Part shown: piece after piece, positions 1-13,776 of the stretch
Position numbering within the stretch: the first letter of the stretch is position 1
Layout of the letters: every line of letters starts with the position of its first letter
Assembly (NCBI GenBank): GCA_030390025.1
Contig: CM059432.1
Span: 50,222,001 to 50,286,000 of the forward strand
Source: Squalus acanthias
Lineage: Eukaryota
Length of the DNA: 64,000 bases
Reading direction: 5' to 3'
Notes under the pieces: model-generated
What the model was told of the DNA's origin: nothing
Databases searched by the model: none
The model's input: the letters and a program-made list of their open reading frames with translations, nothing else
Translations under genes and position numbers: made by a program

Positions 1-2118
1 GCTAAATGGGATAGATTGAGAGCAGGTCTAGCAGCTCAAAACTGGGCATCAATGAGGTGCTGTGGGCCATCAGCAGCAGCAGAATTGTATTCCGCCACAA
101 TCTGTAACTCTACCATTACCATCAAGCCAGGGGACCAACCCTGGTTCAATGAGGAGTGCAGAAGAGCATGCCAGGAGCAGCACCTAGCATACCTAAAAAT
201 GAGGTGCCAACCTGGTGAAGCTACAACACAGGACTACATACATGTAAAACAGCAGAAGCAGCATGATATTGACATAGCTAAGCGATCCCACAACCAACTG
301 ATAAGGTCAAAGCTCTGCAGTCTTGCCACATCCAGTCGTGAATGGTGGTGGACAATTAAACAATTAACAGGAGGAGAAGGCTCCATGAATATCTCCATCT
401 TCAATGATGGCAGAGCCCAGCACGTGAGTGCAAAAGCCAAGGCTGAAGCGTTTGCAACCATCTTCAGCTAGAAGTGCCGAATGCATGATCCATCTAGGCC
501 TCCCCCGGAGGTCCCCACCATCACAGAAGCCAGTCTTCAGCCAATTCGATATACTCCACGTGATATCAAGAAATGGCTGAGCACACTGGATACAGCAAAG
601 ACAATGGGCCCTGACAACATCCCGGCTGTCGTGCTGAAGAATTGTGCTCCAGAACTAGCCCCACTTCTAGCCAAGCTGTTCCAGTACAGCTACAACACTG
701 GTATTTAACCGACAATGTGGAAAACTGCCCTAGTATGTCCTTTCCACAAAAAGCAGGACAAATCCAATCCAGCCAATTAACACCCCATCAGTCTACTCTC
801 AATCATCAACAAAGTGATGGAAGGTGTTGTCGACAGTGCTATCAAGCAGCACTTACTCACCAATTACCTGCTCACTGATGCTCAGTTTGAGTTCTGCCAG
901 GACCACTCAGCTCCAGACGTCATTACAGCCTTAGTGCAAACATGGACAAAAGAGCTGAATTCCAGAGGTGAGGTGAGAGTGACTGCCCTTGACATCAAGG
1001 CAGCATTTGACCGAGTGTGGCATCGAGGAGTCCTAGTAAAACTGAAGTCAATGGGAATCAGGGGGAAAATGCTCCACCGGCTGGAGTCATACCTAGATTG
1101 TTGTTGTTGGAGGCCAATCATTTCAGCCTCAAGACATTGCTGCAGAAGTTCCTCAGGGCAGTATCCTAGTCCCAACCATTTTCATCTGCTTCATCAATGA
1201 CCTTCCCTCCATCATCAGGTCAGAAGTGGGGATGTTCGCTGTTGTTCAGTTCCAATCGCAACTCCTCAGATAATGAAGCAGTCAGTGCCCACATGCAGCA
1301 AGACCTAGACGACATTCAGGCTTGGGCAAGTAACATTCACGCCACACAAGTATTAGGCAATGACTATCTCCAACAAGAGAGAGTCTAACCACCACCCCTT
1401 GACATTCAAAAGCATTACCATCAATGAATCCCCCACCATCAACATCCTGGGGGTCACCATTTAGCATAAAATTAACTGGACCAGCCACATAAATACTGTG
1501 GCTACAAAAGCAGGTCAGAGGCTGGGTATTCTGTGGTGAGTGACTCACCTCCGAGTCCTGACGCCCCAAAGCCTTTCCGCCATCTATGAGGCACAAGACA
1601 GGAGTGTGATGGAATACTCTCCACTTGCCTGGATGAGTGCATCTCCAACAACACTCAGGAAACACCCAGGACAAAGCAGCCCGCTTGATTGGCATTTGGC
1701 ATCCCATCCACCACCTTAAACATTCACTCCCTCCACCACCGGCGCACCGTGGCTGAAGTGTGCACCATCTACAAGATGCACTGCAGCAACTCGCCAAGGC
1801 TTCTTCGACAGCACCTCACAAACCCGCAACCTTTACCACCTAAAAGGACAAGGGCAGCAGGCGCATGGGAACACCACCACCTCCAAGTCACACATCATCC
1901 TGACTTTGAAGTATATCGCCGTTCCTTCATCGTTGCTGGGTCAAATTCCTGGCACTCCCTCCCTAACAGCACTGTGGGAGTACCTTCACCACACGGACTG
2001 CAGCGGTTCAAGAAGGCGGCTCACCACCACCTTCTCAAGGGCAATTAGGGACGGGCAATAAGTGCTGGCCTAGCAGTGACACTCATCATCCATTGAACAA
2101 ATAAAAAAAACAAAAAAA
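1..2118 (+). mobile_element. Decayed non-LTR retrotransposon (CR1/L2-group LINE): ORF2 RT region and 3' end, 5' part outside the window
   Basis: Broken ORFs carry GPDNIPAVVLK, ALDIKAAFDRVWH and the C-terminus KAAHHHLLKGN*. Short 3' UTR and A-rich tail at about 2100-2118. Same family as 9578, 36806 and 60650. Confidence 0.9.
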
Positions 2119-2605
2119 TGGTGTTATATGTAATAAAGTGCCAGGAAGGCTAAAAGGTCAGGCTATTTATTTTAGCCTTCAGACAAACAAAGTACTGGCT
2201 GCTAGAGGTTGGAATTCCCAGCTATCCCTCAACATCTACACGTTAATTCTGCCTTGCCTAAAATATTCTGGCCATTGCAGCGAGTTTTAATTCATCTTCA
2301 GATTTTAGAAGCTCAAACCATCATATTTTTTTCTCATTCCAGACATACTCACCTCTTCATTTCCACACCATACACGAACACCATTTTCTTCTCACATCCT
2401 ACCACTTGCACAACCACCAACTCCTCCCACCACTCCTTCTTCACTTCACATCACACACACTTCCCTTTACATTCATCACATTCCCATCGTCATTCCATCG
2501 TGCTTCTTCTCCACCTCTCACTACATCCACCTATGCACAAGCCCTACATATCTTCATTTAACTTCTCAACAGACATTCACTAACTCTTACCCTCTCTTTC
2601 TGCAG

Positions 2606-2930
2606 GAGGAGATTGTGCAAACTGCCAGGGAAAGGACCAAAATGGGAGAAGGAATCTCCAAAATCTTCGCCCTCACACAGCCAGAGCAAGAAGCCCTGGA
2701 CATCATTGGCCCAGGCAGAGTCATGAACATCAGGGAAGGAGATGCTCACTATGTACCTCAGCAGGGGGTCTGCTTATTACTTGTAGCCCTTCATTCAACT
2801 CAGCAAGCTTTGCATCTATCTCCCATCTTAATTCTTGTCCCTTTTCTCTTTCTTATAGGTTCTTTTCAAAAAGGAGGACAATCCTTCTGAGGATGCAACA
2901 TCATGCGTTCCATCCCTCCCAGGCACCAGC
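2606..2930 (+). pseudogene. Degenerate Harbinger Myb-partner gene fragment (exon 2 and start of exon 3)
   Basis: Acceptor tctttctgcag|GAG at 2606. EEIVQTARERTKMGEG..LTQPEQEALDIIG resembles exon 2 of the other copies (EKRVHNNRERERTGGG..LTTAEEVALEV). Next acceptor tcttatag| at about 2858. Confidence 0.55.
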
Positions 2931-3826
2931 TCAAACTACGTGGGGTAGATAGTGAGCCAAAGGGGTCGGCACGTAGTAAGTCTGCTCTCCTACAGATCGT
3001 TGGATGTTAGAGCCCCAGTCCCACAGGAGTAGTAGTGGCGCAGCGAAGGCAGTACATGTTAGTCTCTCTCAGGATGTCAGCACATCTGCTCCTTCACCCC
3101 CACCCCCCCCCGCCACCTAACCAATACCCACAGTAATGCCAACTCTCGCGATTTAATCATGAGACACATAACTTTTAATGAGAATTTAGCTCAACTCACG
3201 ATCTCATGATGCACTAAGGAAAACTCACGATTTTAAACTTCATCTGCAATATTGTTGACACACTGAGCAAACTGGATGGCCGGAATTTTCCTGCTGCCAT
3301 GCGTGCGGGATTGGAGGCGGGTCGGGAGTGAAAGTCGCAAAAAATGGGAGCGCATTGGGAACCCGCCGTTATCCCGCCTCCTCGTGCCTTTAACTCGGGT
3401 GCGTTTACTAGCGTGGCATGGACCCGAACAGCAGAGGAAGGCGACCTAATTTAGCTCATGAATACCTTGTTGTCAGATCCTTAACAGTGTTTTCAACAAG
3501 ACCTTTTGAATTTCACTGGGTGACCACGGGAATCACGCAGCTCGGGAACCACGTCTGTCAAGCTGAGGTGGAAGCTCAGTGGCCATTGATCGAGGTCATT
3601 ACTGCAAAGCATAGAAAACACACTAAATACTCCCACATGACACCTGCTTACTTGACTAAGGGAAAGGCTCTTGCTGAGTGCATTTTGAGAACAGATTTAG
3701 GTGTCTACAGTTTGCAAGTATTTTTTACAACTTCGGAAGCCACTCTCACCTCATTGCTACTAACTATCACACCATTGACAAATTGCTTTTCTGATCTCTA
3801 GTTGACCTGCCATCTATTACATCAGC

Positions 3827-5055
3827 ATGGGTGCTGTTCATACTGTCTCATCTTGGTCCTCAGAATCGGACCAGGATGAGCCCCTACACCAGCAACAGCA
3901 GGCACACCAGCAGCAGCAACAACACCAACAAACTTCTCCTCAATTACCTGATGCTCCATAGGTCAGAGGGCATCAGCACAGGGCTGCAACGCGCCACAAC
4001 ACAGGGTATACAGGTAGAGGATGAGCTTCCTCAACATGACTGAGCAGCAGTGCTTCAGGAGGCTCAGGCTATTGCGTCAGGTTGTCACAGACATTTGTAG
4101 TTTGCTGGAACAAGTCCTGCAGCCCAGAGGACCTGATGGCCTTACCAGTGGTTGTCAAAGTCACCACCGCCCTCAACTTCTTTGCCTCAAGCTCCTTTCA
4201 GGGATCTGCAGCAGACATTTGTGGGATCTTGCAGTCGGCCGCCCACAGATGCATCACACAGGTCACCGATGCCATGTTTGACAAGTCAGCCAATTATATC
4301 AGCTTTGCCACTGATGAAGCCAGTGTTAGTGAGCGCGTGCTGGGCTTTGCCACACTGGCTGGCTTCCCCCGGGTGCAAGGCATCATTGACTGCAAACATG
4401 TGGCCATCAGGCCACCCCATCATCACCCAGGAGTCTTTGTCAACTGCAAGGGCTTTTACTCCCTCAATGTGCAGCTGGTCTGCAACCATAGGAAGATCAT
4501 CATGCATGTGTGCGCCAAATTCCTTGGCAGCTGCCATGACTCTTTCGTCCTGCGCCAGTCCACCATCCCTCAGCTCTTCCCACCTCCAAACAAACTTTCC
4601 AGCTGGCTGCTTGGAGACAAGGGCTATCCACTGAAGGCGTGGCTCATGACACCCTTGAGGAGGCCAAGTACTGAGGCCGAGGAGAGATATAATGAAAGCC
4701 ACAAGTCCACTAGATGTGTCATAGAGCAGACAATAGGCATGCTGAAAATGCACTTCAGGTGCTTTGACAGATCTGGTGGAGCCCTTCAGTATGCACCAGC
4801 CAGATTCTCCAGAATCATTGTCGTCTACTGTGTGCTGCACAACATAATGCAGCAGCAAGGATCGGAGCTGCATGAGGAGCAAGGCACTGAGCGCACAGCC
4901 TCTTCAGAGGAGGAGGAGGAGGAGGATGATGAAGAGCATCAGCTGGAAGACAAGGAGGAGGAGCAGCAAGAACCTGAGGTCCAGATGCCAGCAGCACTGG
5001 AGCACATTTCTGCCCAGGAGGCCAGGATGGTCTCATCATGGCCAGATTTACTTAA
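3827..5055 (+). pseudogene. Harbinger/HARBI1-like DDE transposase with stops and frameshifts
   Basis: ATG at 3827 (MGAVHTVSSWSSES, then Q-rich). Motifs [31 protein letters not shown] and [12 protein letters not shown]; acidic tail. In-frame stop near 3959, frameshifts near 4000 and 4140. Confidence 0.9.
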
Positions 5056-5356
5056 CTTCCTGCATTACACCCATATGGCTGCCGCATGCTGTGCCAGGTT
5101 CCCCGCCCCCCACCCCCACAACACCATAAAACATCCCTACAATGACCAAGCCATTCCTTTCACACTGACCCCCATTGCTGGAGGTAACGTTATGTCTGAC
5201 CATTCACTCCAACTCACTCAGTTACTTCCAAAGTAGCATACAAAAATGGGCATGACTGAAAAGTGGTGAAAATAAATAGTTTTATATGTGACATAACAGT
5301 AACGGAACCTTAACAAAAACATTTCGTTAAAAACCCATGTGCTTACCCTTGTGCAT

Positions 5357-7244
5357 CTACTTTTGTGTCATTTTTCATTTACGCGTGCTTCTATGAGGTG
5401 CAACCCCTGTGGCTTCAGCAGAGGTAAAGGCAGCCTGCTCACTTCCCTGCTGCAACTGCGTAGACTCTTTTGGCGGATCTCTTCTGGGTTTTGGAGCCTG
5501 TGATGGCCCCGCCAAAGCCTGCTGCTCCTGCGACTGTGCAGGGGCAGACTTGGCCATCGCGATCCAAGGAGGCATCTGGGGCTCTGACTGAGGGGGAGAC
5601 AACGGGGGGAGAAGTGTGAGCGCTTTGAGTGGAGCCCCCACTTCCATTTCCCCTCTCACCATCATCCCTCTCATGGGCCATCCGCACTTCCCTGCTAGCA
5701 AGGAGCTGGAGAGCACCTTGCTGCACAGCAGTGGGGCCATGAGGACCCAAGTCTACGTTGACATCCCTCCTAGAAAGGAGGTCTATGAGCCTCTGCCATC
5801 TGTTCTCCATAGATAGCATGTGCTCATGTGAGTGGTGCATTAGCTGATCCGTGCAGGTGGTCATCCTTTCCATGGAAGAGCATACCATCCCCATCGCCTG
5901 CGACACGGTGGTGCTCATGTTGGAGATGGACTCCTCCATTCTCGGCACATTTGCAGACATCGCAGCCACAAAACCTGTCCAAGCCTCCTGCACTTCTTCC
6001 TGCAACTCCAGGATCACCCTCTTTCTGGATGGCCCCCGAGGCTGAGTGTCTGAATTCACCTGAACAGAGCTGTGAGCATCCGGCACCCTCCGGCGAGCAG
6101 TCTCCACTCATGTCCCTGTCAACACCATCTCCTCTTACTCACTTGTGACTTGTGATACACCAGGTGACAAGACTGCTTTATGTCGCGTAGGACTCACCGG
6201 GGTGTGCATATCTGCGCTGGTGCTGGGTGCGCATAGGTCTGATGACAGTGCACCCTCAAAGGCTGGAGGCTCCTCTGAGGAGTCGTCTTCCTCTTCTGGC
6301 TGGACAGTGGTGGCGGCAGTGGGGGCGGGGGGGGGAGGCTCTTGATGGACCTGTGGGAGAGTAAAAAGATGATTTAGAAATGTTATATTAAGAATGGGTA
6401 ACGATACCATTATGCACATGATGAACATTCACCGTATGAGTGACTGCTGTATGCCATGTGGCTTTATGAGATGTAATTCTGCCACCAGGTTGCTGAGATG
6501 TCCCCCTCTCTCCGTCTCCCACTGCCAGCTGCTCCGCAACTCCTGACACCTCCAGGGCGACCTCCTCTGCTGTTGTCAACGTGGCGAAGGATGAAGGGCC
6601 ACCTCCGGTTCTCTCCCTCTCCCTGTTATTGTGCACTCGTTTCTCCTGCAAGGAGGGAAAGAAGAGAAGTTTGAGTGAGAGTGATGGCATGAGTGTAAGG
6701 AATGTGTGGGTTACATCTGTAGAGGGTGACTATGAAGGAGTGTGGTGCCAGTGCCAAAGTGCCAATGCCAAATGGCCTCCTTGTGTGTAGTTAGTTGGTA
6801 TGATTGCATTAAGATGAGGGTGAGTATGAGGGGTGGTTAGTCAGATGGAGATTGTGAGTATGTAGATAGAGAGAGAGGGATGGGTGGACATGCAATGTAT
6901 GCTGATGTGAGTAATGATGTGCAGGAGTAGGTTTGGGAAGGCAGAGTGATGGGGATGTGATGACAGGCACAGCAGGATAAAGTTGAGTGTGACATTGCAC
7001 TCACCTTTCCTGATCTCATGAGATCATTGAAGCGCTTCCGGCATTGCACCCAGGTTCTCATCACCACATCCCTGCTGTTCACCTCCTCTGCTATTTGGGG
7101 CCAGGCTTTTTTAGTCTCCTGGGGAGGTCTCTTGCGCCCATCAGCAGGGAAGAGGACCTCCCTGCGTGCTCTGACTGCCTCCACAAGAATATGTAGGGAG
7201 TCATCTGAAAACCTGGGTGCAGCCCTCTGTCTTTGTGAAGCCAT
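5357..7244 (-). pseudogene. Harbinger Myb/SANT-like DNA-binding partner, 3 exons (7244-7005, 6645-6486, 6350-5357), subfamily A
   Basis: Exon 1 reads MASQRQRAAPRFSDDSLHIL..AWPQIAEEVN..RTWVQCRKRFNDL (Myb/trihelix pattern). GT-AG sites: aag|gtgagt, ttgcag|gag, cctg|gtggca, ccacag|gtc. Exon 3 (acidic, coiled-coil, basic tail) is frameshifted. Confidence 0.85.
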
Positions 7245-7575
7245 CTCTGCAAGGCTGAGCAATAACCAGTTGATGATATATCCTCCCAGTACTCTCCTAG
7301 ATGAACCTTTAAATGCAATGTGGCCAAGGCTGCTTTAAATATCCCCGCTGGAAATGAGTCATCGATTACATCATCAGACCCGCACTATTTAATAGGACCA
7401 GGTAACGTGCAGGCCTACCTTAATAGGCGCCATTAACGGAAAGTCGCTCTGTGGAGCGGGAAGATAAAAAGAACATGGTTGCGACACGCCACACCGACCG
7501 CCCACACCCAGCCCGCCCAGGTAATGAAAATTCCGGCTGAAGTGCACGCTCCGCCACAAATTACACGAGGAATCT

Positions 7576-7660
7576 GTAGCGCGAATGTTACCTGCCACTT
7601 ATCAGCCCAAGCCTGAACGTCGTCCAGGTTTTGTTGCATGTGGGCACGGACTGCTCTGTT
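7576..7660 (-). mobile_element. Short LINE fragment (same family as 1-2118)
   Basis: Encodes QQNLDDVQAWADKWQVTFA. Confidence 0.75.
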
Positions 7661-7769
7661 ACTGACCAATACATCATCATCTTGGACACAATGCAAAAAT
7701 AAAAGCCAGCACAAAATAAACATTGCAAACAAAATTTATAAAGCAACTCATGCCATATTCCATACACAA

Positions 7770-9571
7770 TTAAACTCATCACTCTTGTGCATTTCCTTAG
7801 TGCCTGTCTTCCCTGTGCTTTTGCCTGTTCTAGTGCTCCTATGAAGTGCTACCCCAATGGCTGCAGCATGGCTGGTGGAAGACTGCTGACTTTCAGTGCG
7901 GGAGATTGCAGATGACCTTGAGGACGACCTCAAGCAGCTCTGGGCCCAGAAGGCCCGGCTTCAGACTGCACCAACTTGGCATGGGCGACCGCAGTTGGGC
8001 TGGCTGACTGCCAGGCAACAGCAATGGTGGAGTGGCAGGGGTGGCAGCATGAATGCTGTTATCCTGAGAGAGGACAGCAGGTTCGTGCTCCATGGAGCCA
8101 CTGCCACTCCCTTAGTAATATGTTGGAGGACAGATTGCTGAACTGCTATGACACCATGCAAGTCCTTTTGAACACTGATACCCGCAGCCATGATGGCAAC
8201 AGTCTAAGCTTGCGTGGCAGCAAGCTGAGCTTGCATGACTTCAGTCTGAGCTTTCACTGCAGCACTCAGACTTTTGGTGGAAGCTGCAATAGAAGCTGAG
8301 ACAACAGCCATTGGATGCTGCATGGTTGGGTCCGCAAGTGTGCTGATGGAGTTGGCCATCACTTGCATGCTAGAAAGGATGGGCTCCAAGCTATGCGCAA
8401 AGCCCTGTGCCACGTTGGTGCTGGACTCCTCCATGCCCCTTGACATTGAACGCAGGCTATCTGGCAGGTTTCCCAATGCACCAAGCATTTTGTTATGTAT
8501 GCTTCTTCTGTAGCCTGCCCCATCGAAGTCCTCATCTGAGTCCTCTACAGCAGAACTCGTGTGTGACCTCGCCCTCCGGTGAGCTGGCACCTGCATTATC
8601 CTTGCTCTCTGCCTTGGCTGCAGTGAACTTATGCCCAGTGTTTCACCACATGCAGATCCCACCTTGAGTGTTAAATCAAGCGACGGTGGGTCTTCATCAT
8701 CAATCTCTTCTTGGTGTTCCTCCACTGCCTGGCCAGGTGGCAGTTTTTGGGTATCTGAAAGGTAAAAGGCACAAGGGTAAGGTTGTGGTGAGGGAAGGGG
8801 TGGAGAGTAAGAGGTCTTACACCATCTGCAGTTTGTAAGTAAGAAGAGATTGTGGGATGAGGGGAAAGTGGGAAGTGAGAAGGAGGATTAAGTATTAGGA
8901 TACCATCATCTACAATGGTTTCAGCCCCGCTGCTGGTCACAGGCTCAACAGTGACCCTTCCAATAGTGGCCAGCACTGTCCTCTGCATGGGGGTTAGGAA
9001 ATACAGACGTGCCTTTCCCCCTCCGGTTAGTTCCTGTTGTCTCCGGTTATGTGCCACTTTGTCCTGCAAGAGAGAGGGAAGTGTGTTAGTGAGTGTTGTG
9101 CAATCTGTTTGGGTGATGTGGCTGTCATGGTGGAATATCTGGCAGTTTGTGCAAGCTGTGAGATGTAGGTGCAATGCGAAATGTGTGAGGGTGGGGTGGA
9201 GCATATGAATGTTAGGTATGAGATTGATAGAGAATGTCGGTAGGTGAGTGATGGGGTATGGTGAATTGAGGAGTATGTGAAGCTAGTTATGCAGTTGGTC
9301 GGATATGGTATTTGAAGAAGCACTCACTGACTTTGACCACTGGTGTGAGGTCACTGAACTTCTTGCTGCACTGCATCCAGGTTCTCGGGGCTAGATTCCT
9401 GGCATTGACCTCCACGGCTATCCACTCCCACTGCATTTTGACCGTGTGTCTGGAGGGCCTCCTGGTCCCCTGTGGATACAGGATATCTCTCCTCCTTTCC
9501 ACTTTCTGCAGCAAGAACTCCAGTGCAGCGTTGGAAAAACATGGAGCCCGCTGTCTCCCATGTTGTGCCAT
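7770..9571 (-). pseudogene. Harbinger Myb-partner gene, subfamily B copy 1 (exons 9571-9332, 9063-8904, 8754-~7770); no transposase seen
   Basis: MAQHGRQRAPCFSNAALEFLLQKVERRRDILYP..WEWIAVEVN..RTWMQCSKKFSDL. Exon 2 reads DKVAHNRRQQELTGGG. Exons are 240 and 160 nt. Confidence 0.8.
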
Positions 9572-9577
9572 TTTTCA

Positions 9578-10437
9578 CTGTACTTCTAAGTCAGGATGGT
9601 GTGTGACTTGGAGGGGAACTTGGAGGTGGTGGTGTTCCCATGCACCTGCTGCCCTTGTCCTTCTAGGTGGAAGAGGTCGCGGGTTTGGGAGGTGCTGCTG
9701 AAGAAGCCTTGGCGAGTTGCTGCAGTGCATCTTGTAGATGGTACACACTGCAGCCATGGTACGCTGGTGGTGGAGGGAGTGAATGTTAAAGGTGTTGGAT
9801 GGGGTGCCAATCACGTAGGCTGCTTTGTCCTGGATGGTGTCGAGCTTCATGAGTGTTGTTGGAGCTGCACTCATCCAGGCAAGTGGAGAATATTCCATCA
9901 CACTCCTTACTTGTGCCTTGTAGATGGTGGAAAGGCTTTGGGGAGTCAGGAGGTGAGACACTCGCCGCAGAATACCCAGCCTCTGACCTGCTCTTGTTGC
10001 CACAGTATTTATGTGGCTGGTCCAGCTAAGTTTTTGGTCAATGGTGACTCCCAGGATGATGATGGTGGAGGATTCGGTGATGGTAATGCCGTTGAATGTC
10101 AAGGGGTGGTGGTTAGATTCTCGCTTGTTGGAGATAGCCATTGCCTGGCACTTCTGTGGCGTGAATGTTACCTGCCACTTATCAGCCCAAGCCTGAACTT
10201 CGTCCAGGTCTTGTTGTATGCAGACATGGACTGCTTCATTATCTGAGGAGTTGTGAATGGCACTGAATACTGTGCAGTCATCAGCGAACATCCCCATTTC
10301 TGACCTTATGTTGGAGGGAAGTTCATTGATGAAGCAGTTGAAGATGGTTGGGCCTAGGACACTGCCCTGAGGAACTCCTGCAGCGATATCCTGTGGCTGT
10401 GATGATTGACCTTCAACCACCACAACCATCTTCCATT
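9578..10437 (-). mobile_element. LINE fragment (RT C-terminal half), truncated at both ends
   Basis: ORF 9575-10429 carries GVPQGSVLGP, MFADD and LGVTIDQKL. Confidence 0.9.
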
Positions 10438-10817
10438 GCAGTCAATGAAGTACTTTTGAAGTGTAGTCATGGTTGTAATGTAGTGAAAAACAGCACCCAA
10501 TTTGCACACAGCAAGGTCCCACAAACTGCAATGAGATAATGAGCAGATCTGTTTTTATTGATGTTGGTTGAGGCATAAATATTGGTAGGACACCAGGAGA
10601 ACTCCCTTGATCTTCTTCAAATAGTGCCATGGGATCTTTTAGTCCAGCTGAGAGGGCAAGTGGGGCCTAGGTTTAGCATTTCATCTGAAAGACAGCATCT
10701 TTGACAATGCAGCACTCCCTCAATATTGCACTGCGGTGTCAGCCTGGATTATGTGCTCAAGTCTCAAGGAGTGGGACTTGTACTCACAACCTTCTGACTC
10801 AGAGGCGAGAGTGCTGC
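10438..10817 (-). mobile_element. tRNA-derived DeuSINE (SacSINE1/AmnSINE-like)
   Basis: tRNA-like head (gcctctgagtcagaaggttgtgagtacaagtccc on -). Central block aaatagtgccatgggatctttt..gcagcactccctc matches 38466-38909. Family name is from recall. Confidence 0.75.
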
Positions 10818-10946
10818 AAGTGATCTGATATTTAGAAGTAGTGATCTGGAAGCTGGAAACATTCCTGGCAAACCAGACAGCAAAAGATCCCTTGATCCAG
10901 TGAGCTGCACCTGAGAACCCCCTTTTTATATTACTTCATCAGCTCA

Positions 10947-11224
10947 GAGGCCAATCCCACCAGGTTTTGCTGGGGGATTGGGCGCGGGGATTGGGGTCTG
11001 GACTGGGCGGAGCCTCTGCCATTTTGAGTTAAAATCACATAGGGGCAGGTATGATGTAATTGGAGCAGGACTTTGAGATTTTAATAAGGCTTTTGCTTGC
11101 CTGGGGCGGGTGTCTGTCTCGGAGCCAAAAACTGGTGAGTTAAAATTGGGGGAGGTGGGAACAAGTTGTAATTCTAACCCCACCTGCCCCATTCCCGCTG
11201 GGCAGGCTGGGTTAAAATCAGGGC
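10947..11224. mobile_element. Degenerate Harbinger-type MITE
   Basis: Right end gttaaaatcagggc|tta and GGCGGG-type subterminal motifs. Left TIR unclear. Confidence 0.4.
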
Positions 11225-13013
11225 TTAAATCTGTAGCAAAGACATCTCCCATCCCCCAGAACATCGCATTTTGATTCACATTTTTTTGTCAACAAATGGT
11301 AAAACTTGGGTAATAAACACAAAATGCTGCTAGTGACAACTGTGAACTCGTGTGGGTTAAGTAATCATACTCAATACCAGTAAGAACAAGAGACAAATAT
11401 CAATTGCACAAACATTAAATTTGCACTTGCATATGGAATAATTTACTATTAATTTATGAATAGGTGGATTTACTTTAATGAGAAGTTACTAAAAATAGCT
11501 ATTTGTAGACCTTGCCGACGACACTTGATCAGTTGTCAAAATTCTTGCATTAGTGCATGATGTTGTATTTAAAATGGAATTACTTTTTAGGAGCATTTTA
11601 AGACCTAATTTCAGCATATAGCTGCTGTTTGAAATTCAAAGACGCTACAAGAGGCATTTCCTCATGTCTGTGTTGGGGAAAGAGTCACTTTAAGAAAAAG
11701 CATAGTTTGAGAGTTTAACCACATTAAAATTTGATCAAAAGTGTTTCTTCTTTCCTGTTGCCTTAGTAGGGAATGAAAAAGGCAGGAGTAGGTGAAATTT
11801 GATTTTCTTCCTGTAAAATAAGAGAGATAATTTAAAGTCAAGTCAGGCATGACGAGTTGTACATAATTAACAGTAGGCGAAATAATAAACTCAATGATTT
11901 AAAAATATATTATATATAATGATGATAATATTGTGACTGACATCTAGGACGTTGTGTAGATATGGTCACTGGAAGTGTTGATTTGCTGAAAATTCTTTAG
12001 AGAAAAACTTTTATAAGTTCACATAAATCCTAGCTTTTAAATAGAGTTTCTGGTTCATCGCTATTAGTAAGCTGTTGTGATGTATCATTCTATATCATAC
12101 AATAAGAAACAAAAATATTTATTGCAATAGTCTGACTTCCTCCCAGAGATTTCTATCCCAGGACAGAATTTCTACCATCATTTCTGTTACCCTAAAATGC
12201 ATTTTACCAACAAGTTTTGAAAACTATTTGAGGATCTGAACAGTCAAATTGAATACTACAATTGGCAAAGCTCCCCTTACATCAGTGCAGCTAGACTACG
12301 ACTTAATTTTTATTTAAAGGATTATGTTTATGATGATAAGGCTTGGAGAGGGTCTTAATGATAATTAGAAAATAATTGATGTGGCTTGTGTTCTGAATTA
12401 TTCAATTATTCTGAACGACTGCTGAGACACGTTTAAGCTCTCTTGAGTTAGAACATAATTCACCTTTACCAATCCTTCATAAGAAACCTATGCTAGATGC
12501 CATAATAACTCTATGTGGTCTTGATGATTCCTTTAAAATTTGACAATATTCGTCAATATATTGCTCTGTCACCAAGTTTTGGTCCAATTAATTCTTCTAG
12601 ATATTGAGAATCATTTGGAGCACTTGAACAAAATTGTTGCTTAAATTATGTGTGCAGTTCGTAACTGGACAGAGTCTACTTCTTGAACCTTTCTAAAGAG
12701 CTTCAGAATTTTAGTCACCCAGTTGGAGCACACACCTTTAATTGTTCCCATCCCTTCAGATTTCACTTGCACATCATTTTCTGCACCCACCACTAGTGTA
12801 CTCCCTGTAGTCATCCAAATCTGTACCTAGGGTATATATAATTATGATAATAAGTTGACCGTGCAAAATAGGATGCAAACAGCACACTTCATGTCATTGC
12901 AAAGCCTGTTTCTAATTATTCGAGTATAAAGTGCATCCATTTGGCAAATGTAAATGTCAAAACTGCTTGTTGATGAAGAAATAGAACACAAGACATAAGA
13001 GACAATTCTTTAT

Positions 13014-13776
13014 GGGCCAGAAATTCGGCTCTCTGGCTACCTGCAGGTGCAAGCATCGCGCGCGTACTTGCCTACCGCACCTGCAGTTGTGCTTCGGGCC
13101 CACGAGGACTTCGGGTCCTGGGCCTCCTGCAGCTGCCGGCGCGCAGTGCTTGCGTATCCCAGGGGCGCAGTTAGTTCGAAGCGTCCCCTGGGATCACGTG
13201 GGCCATGGAGAGCCAATCGGAGCAGGGCATTTTCATTCATAGATTTGACAGGAAGACCCATCAAATCTATGAATAGAGATCGGCCCCAAAACCACACTTA
13301 AACTTCAAATAAATTTTGAAAAATCATCACATTTTTAAAATAACTATAAGTTACATAAATTAACTACTTTAAACAAAAACTAAAATTTTTGAAAAAATTA
13401 ATTATACTTTTTAACGGTGCTAAAAATAAACTTACCTTTCTTTAAAGTATCTAAAAAAGATAAACCTGTTGAAAAAATGTTTAAATTGTAATTAATTAAC
13501 CACTTACCTTGTTAAAAACAGGCCTTGCGCCTCCTTTTTAAAAGTGCAGCTTCTCCATACTTACCCTCCCGGAGAAACCTGAAAAAAACACCAAAGTTCG
13601 CTGCGTGTGCGCAGCCTCTACCGCGCACGTGTTCGACTTCTGAACCCCTCCTTCAGGGGAACGGAAGTTCCGGTTTCCCGCGCATGCGCAGTACATGCGT
13701 GAAACCGGCACTTCAGGTGGCCTTACGAGTGAGTACACAGCGCGTACTCACCCGACAAGAGCCGAATTTCTGGCCC
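13014..13776. mobile_element. 763-bp Harbinger-type MITE, family X copy 1
   Basis: TIR gggccagaaattcggctct / agagccgaatttctggccc; flanks tat/aat. Highly similar inverted copy at 48997-49759. Confidence 0.9.

Larger units (their letters stand above)
3278..7538. mobile_element. Full-length PIF/Harbinger DNA transposon with two convergent genes, inactivated
   Basis: TIR gccggaattttc at 3279-3290 and gaaaattccggc at 7526-7537. Flanks gat/gaa (imperfect 3-bp TSD). Contains a DDE transposase (+) and a Myb/SANT gene (-). Confidence 0.9.

Noticed and set aside
4082..5236. 384-aa ORF as the domesticated host gene HARBI1
   Set aside because: It lies between TIRs next to a Myb partner and has stops and frameshifts upstream, so it is a transposon copy.
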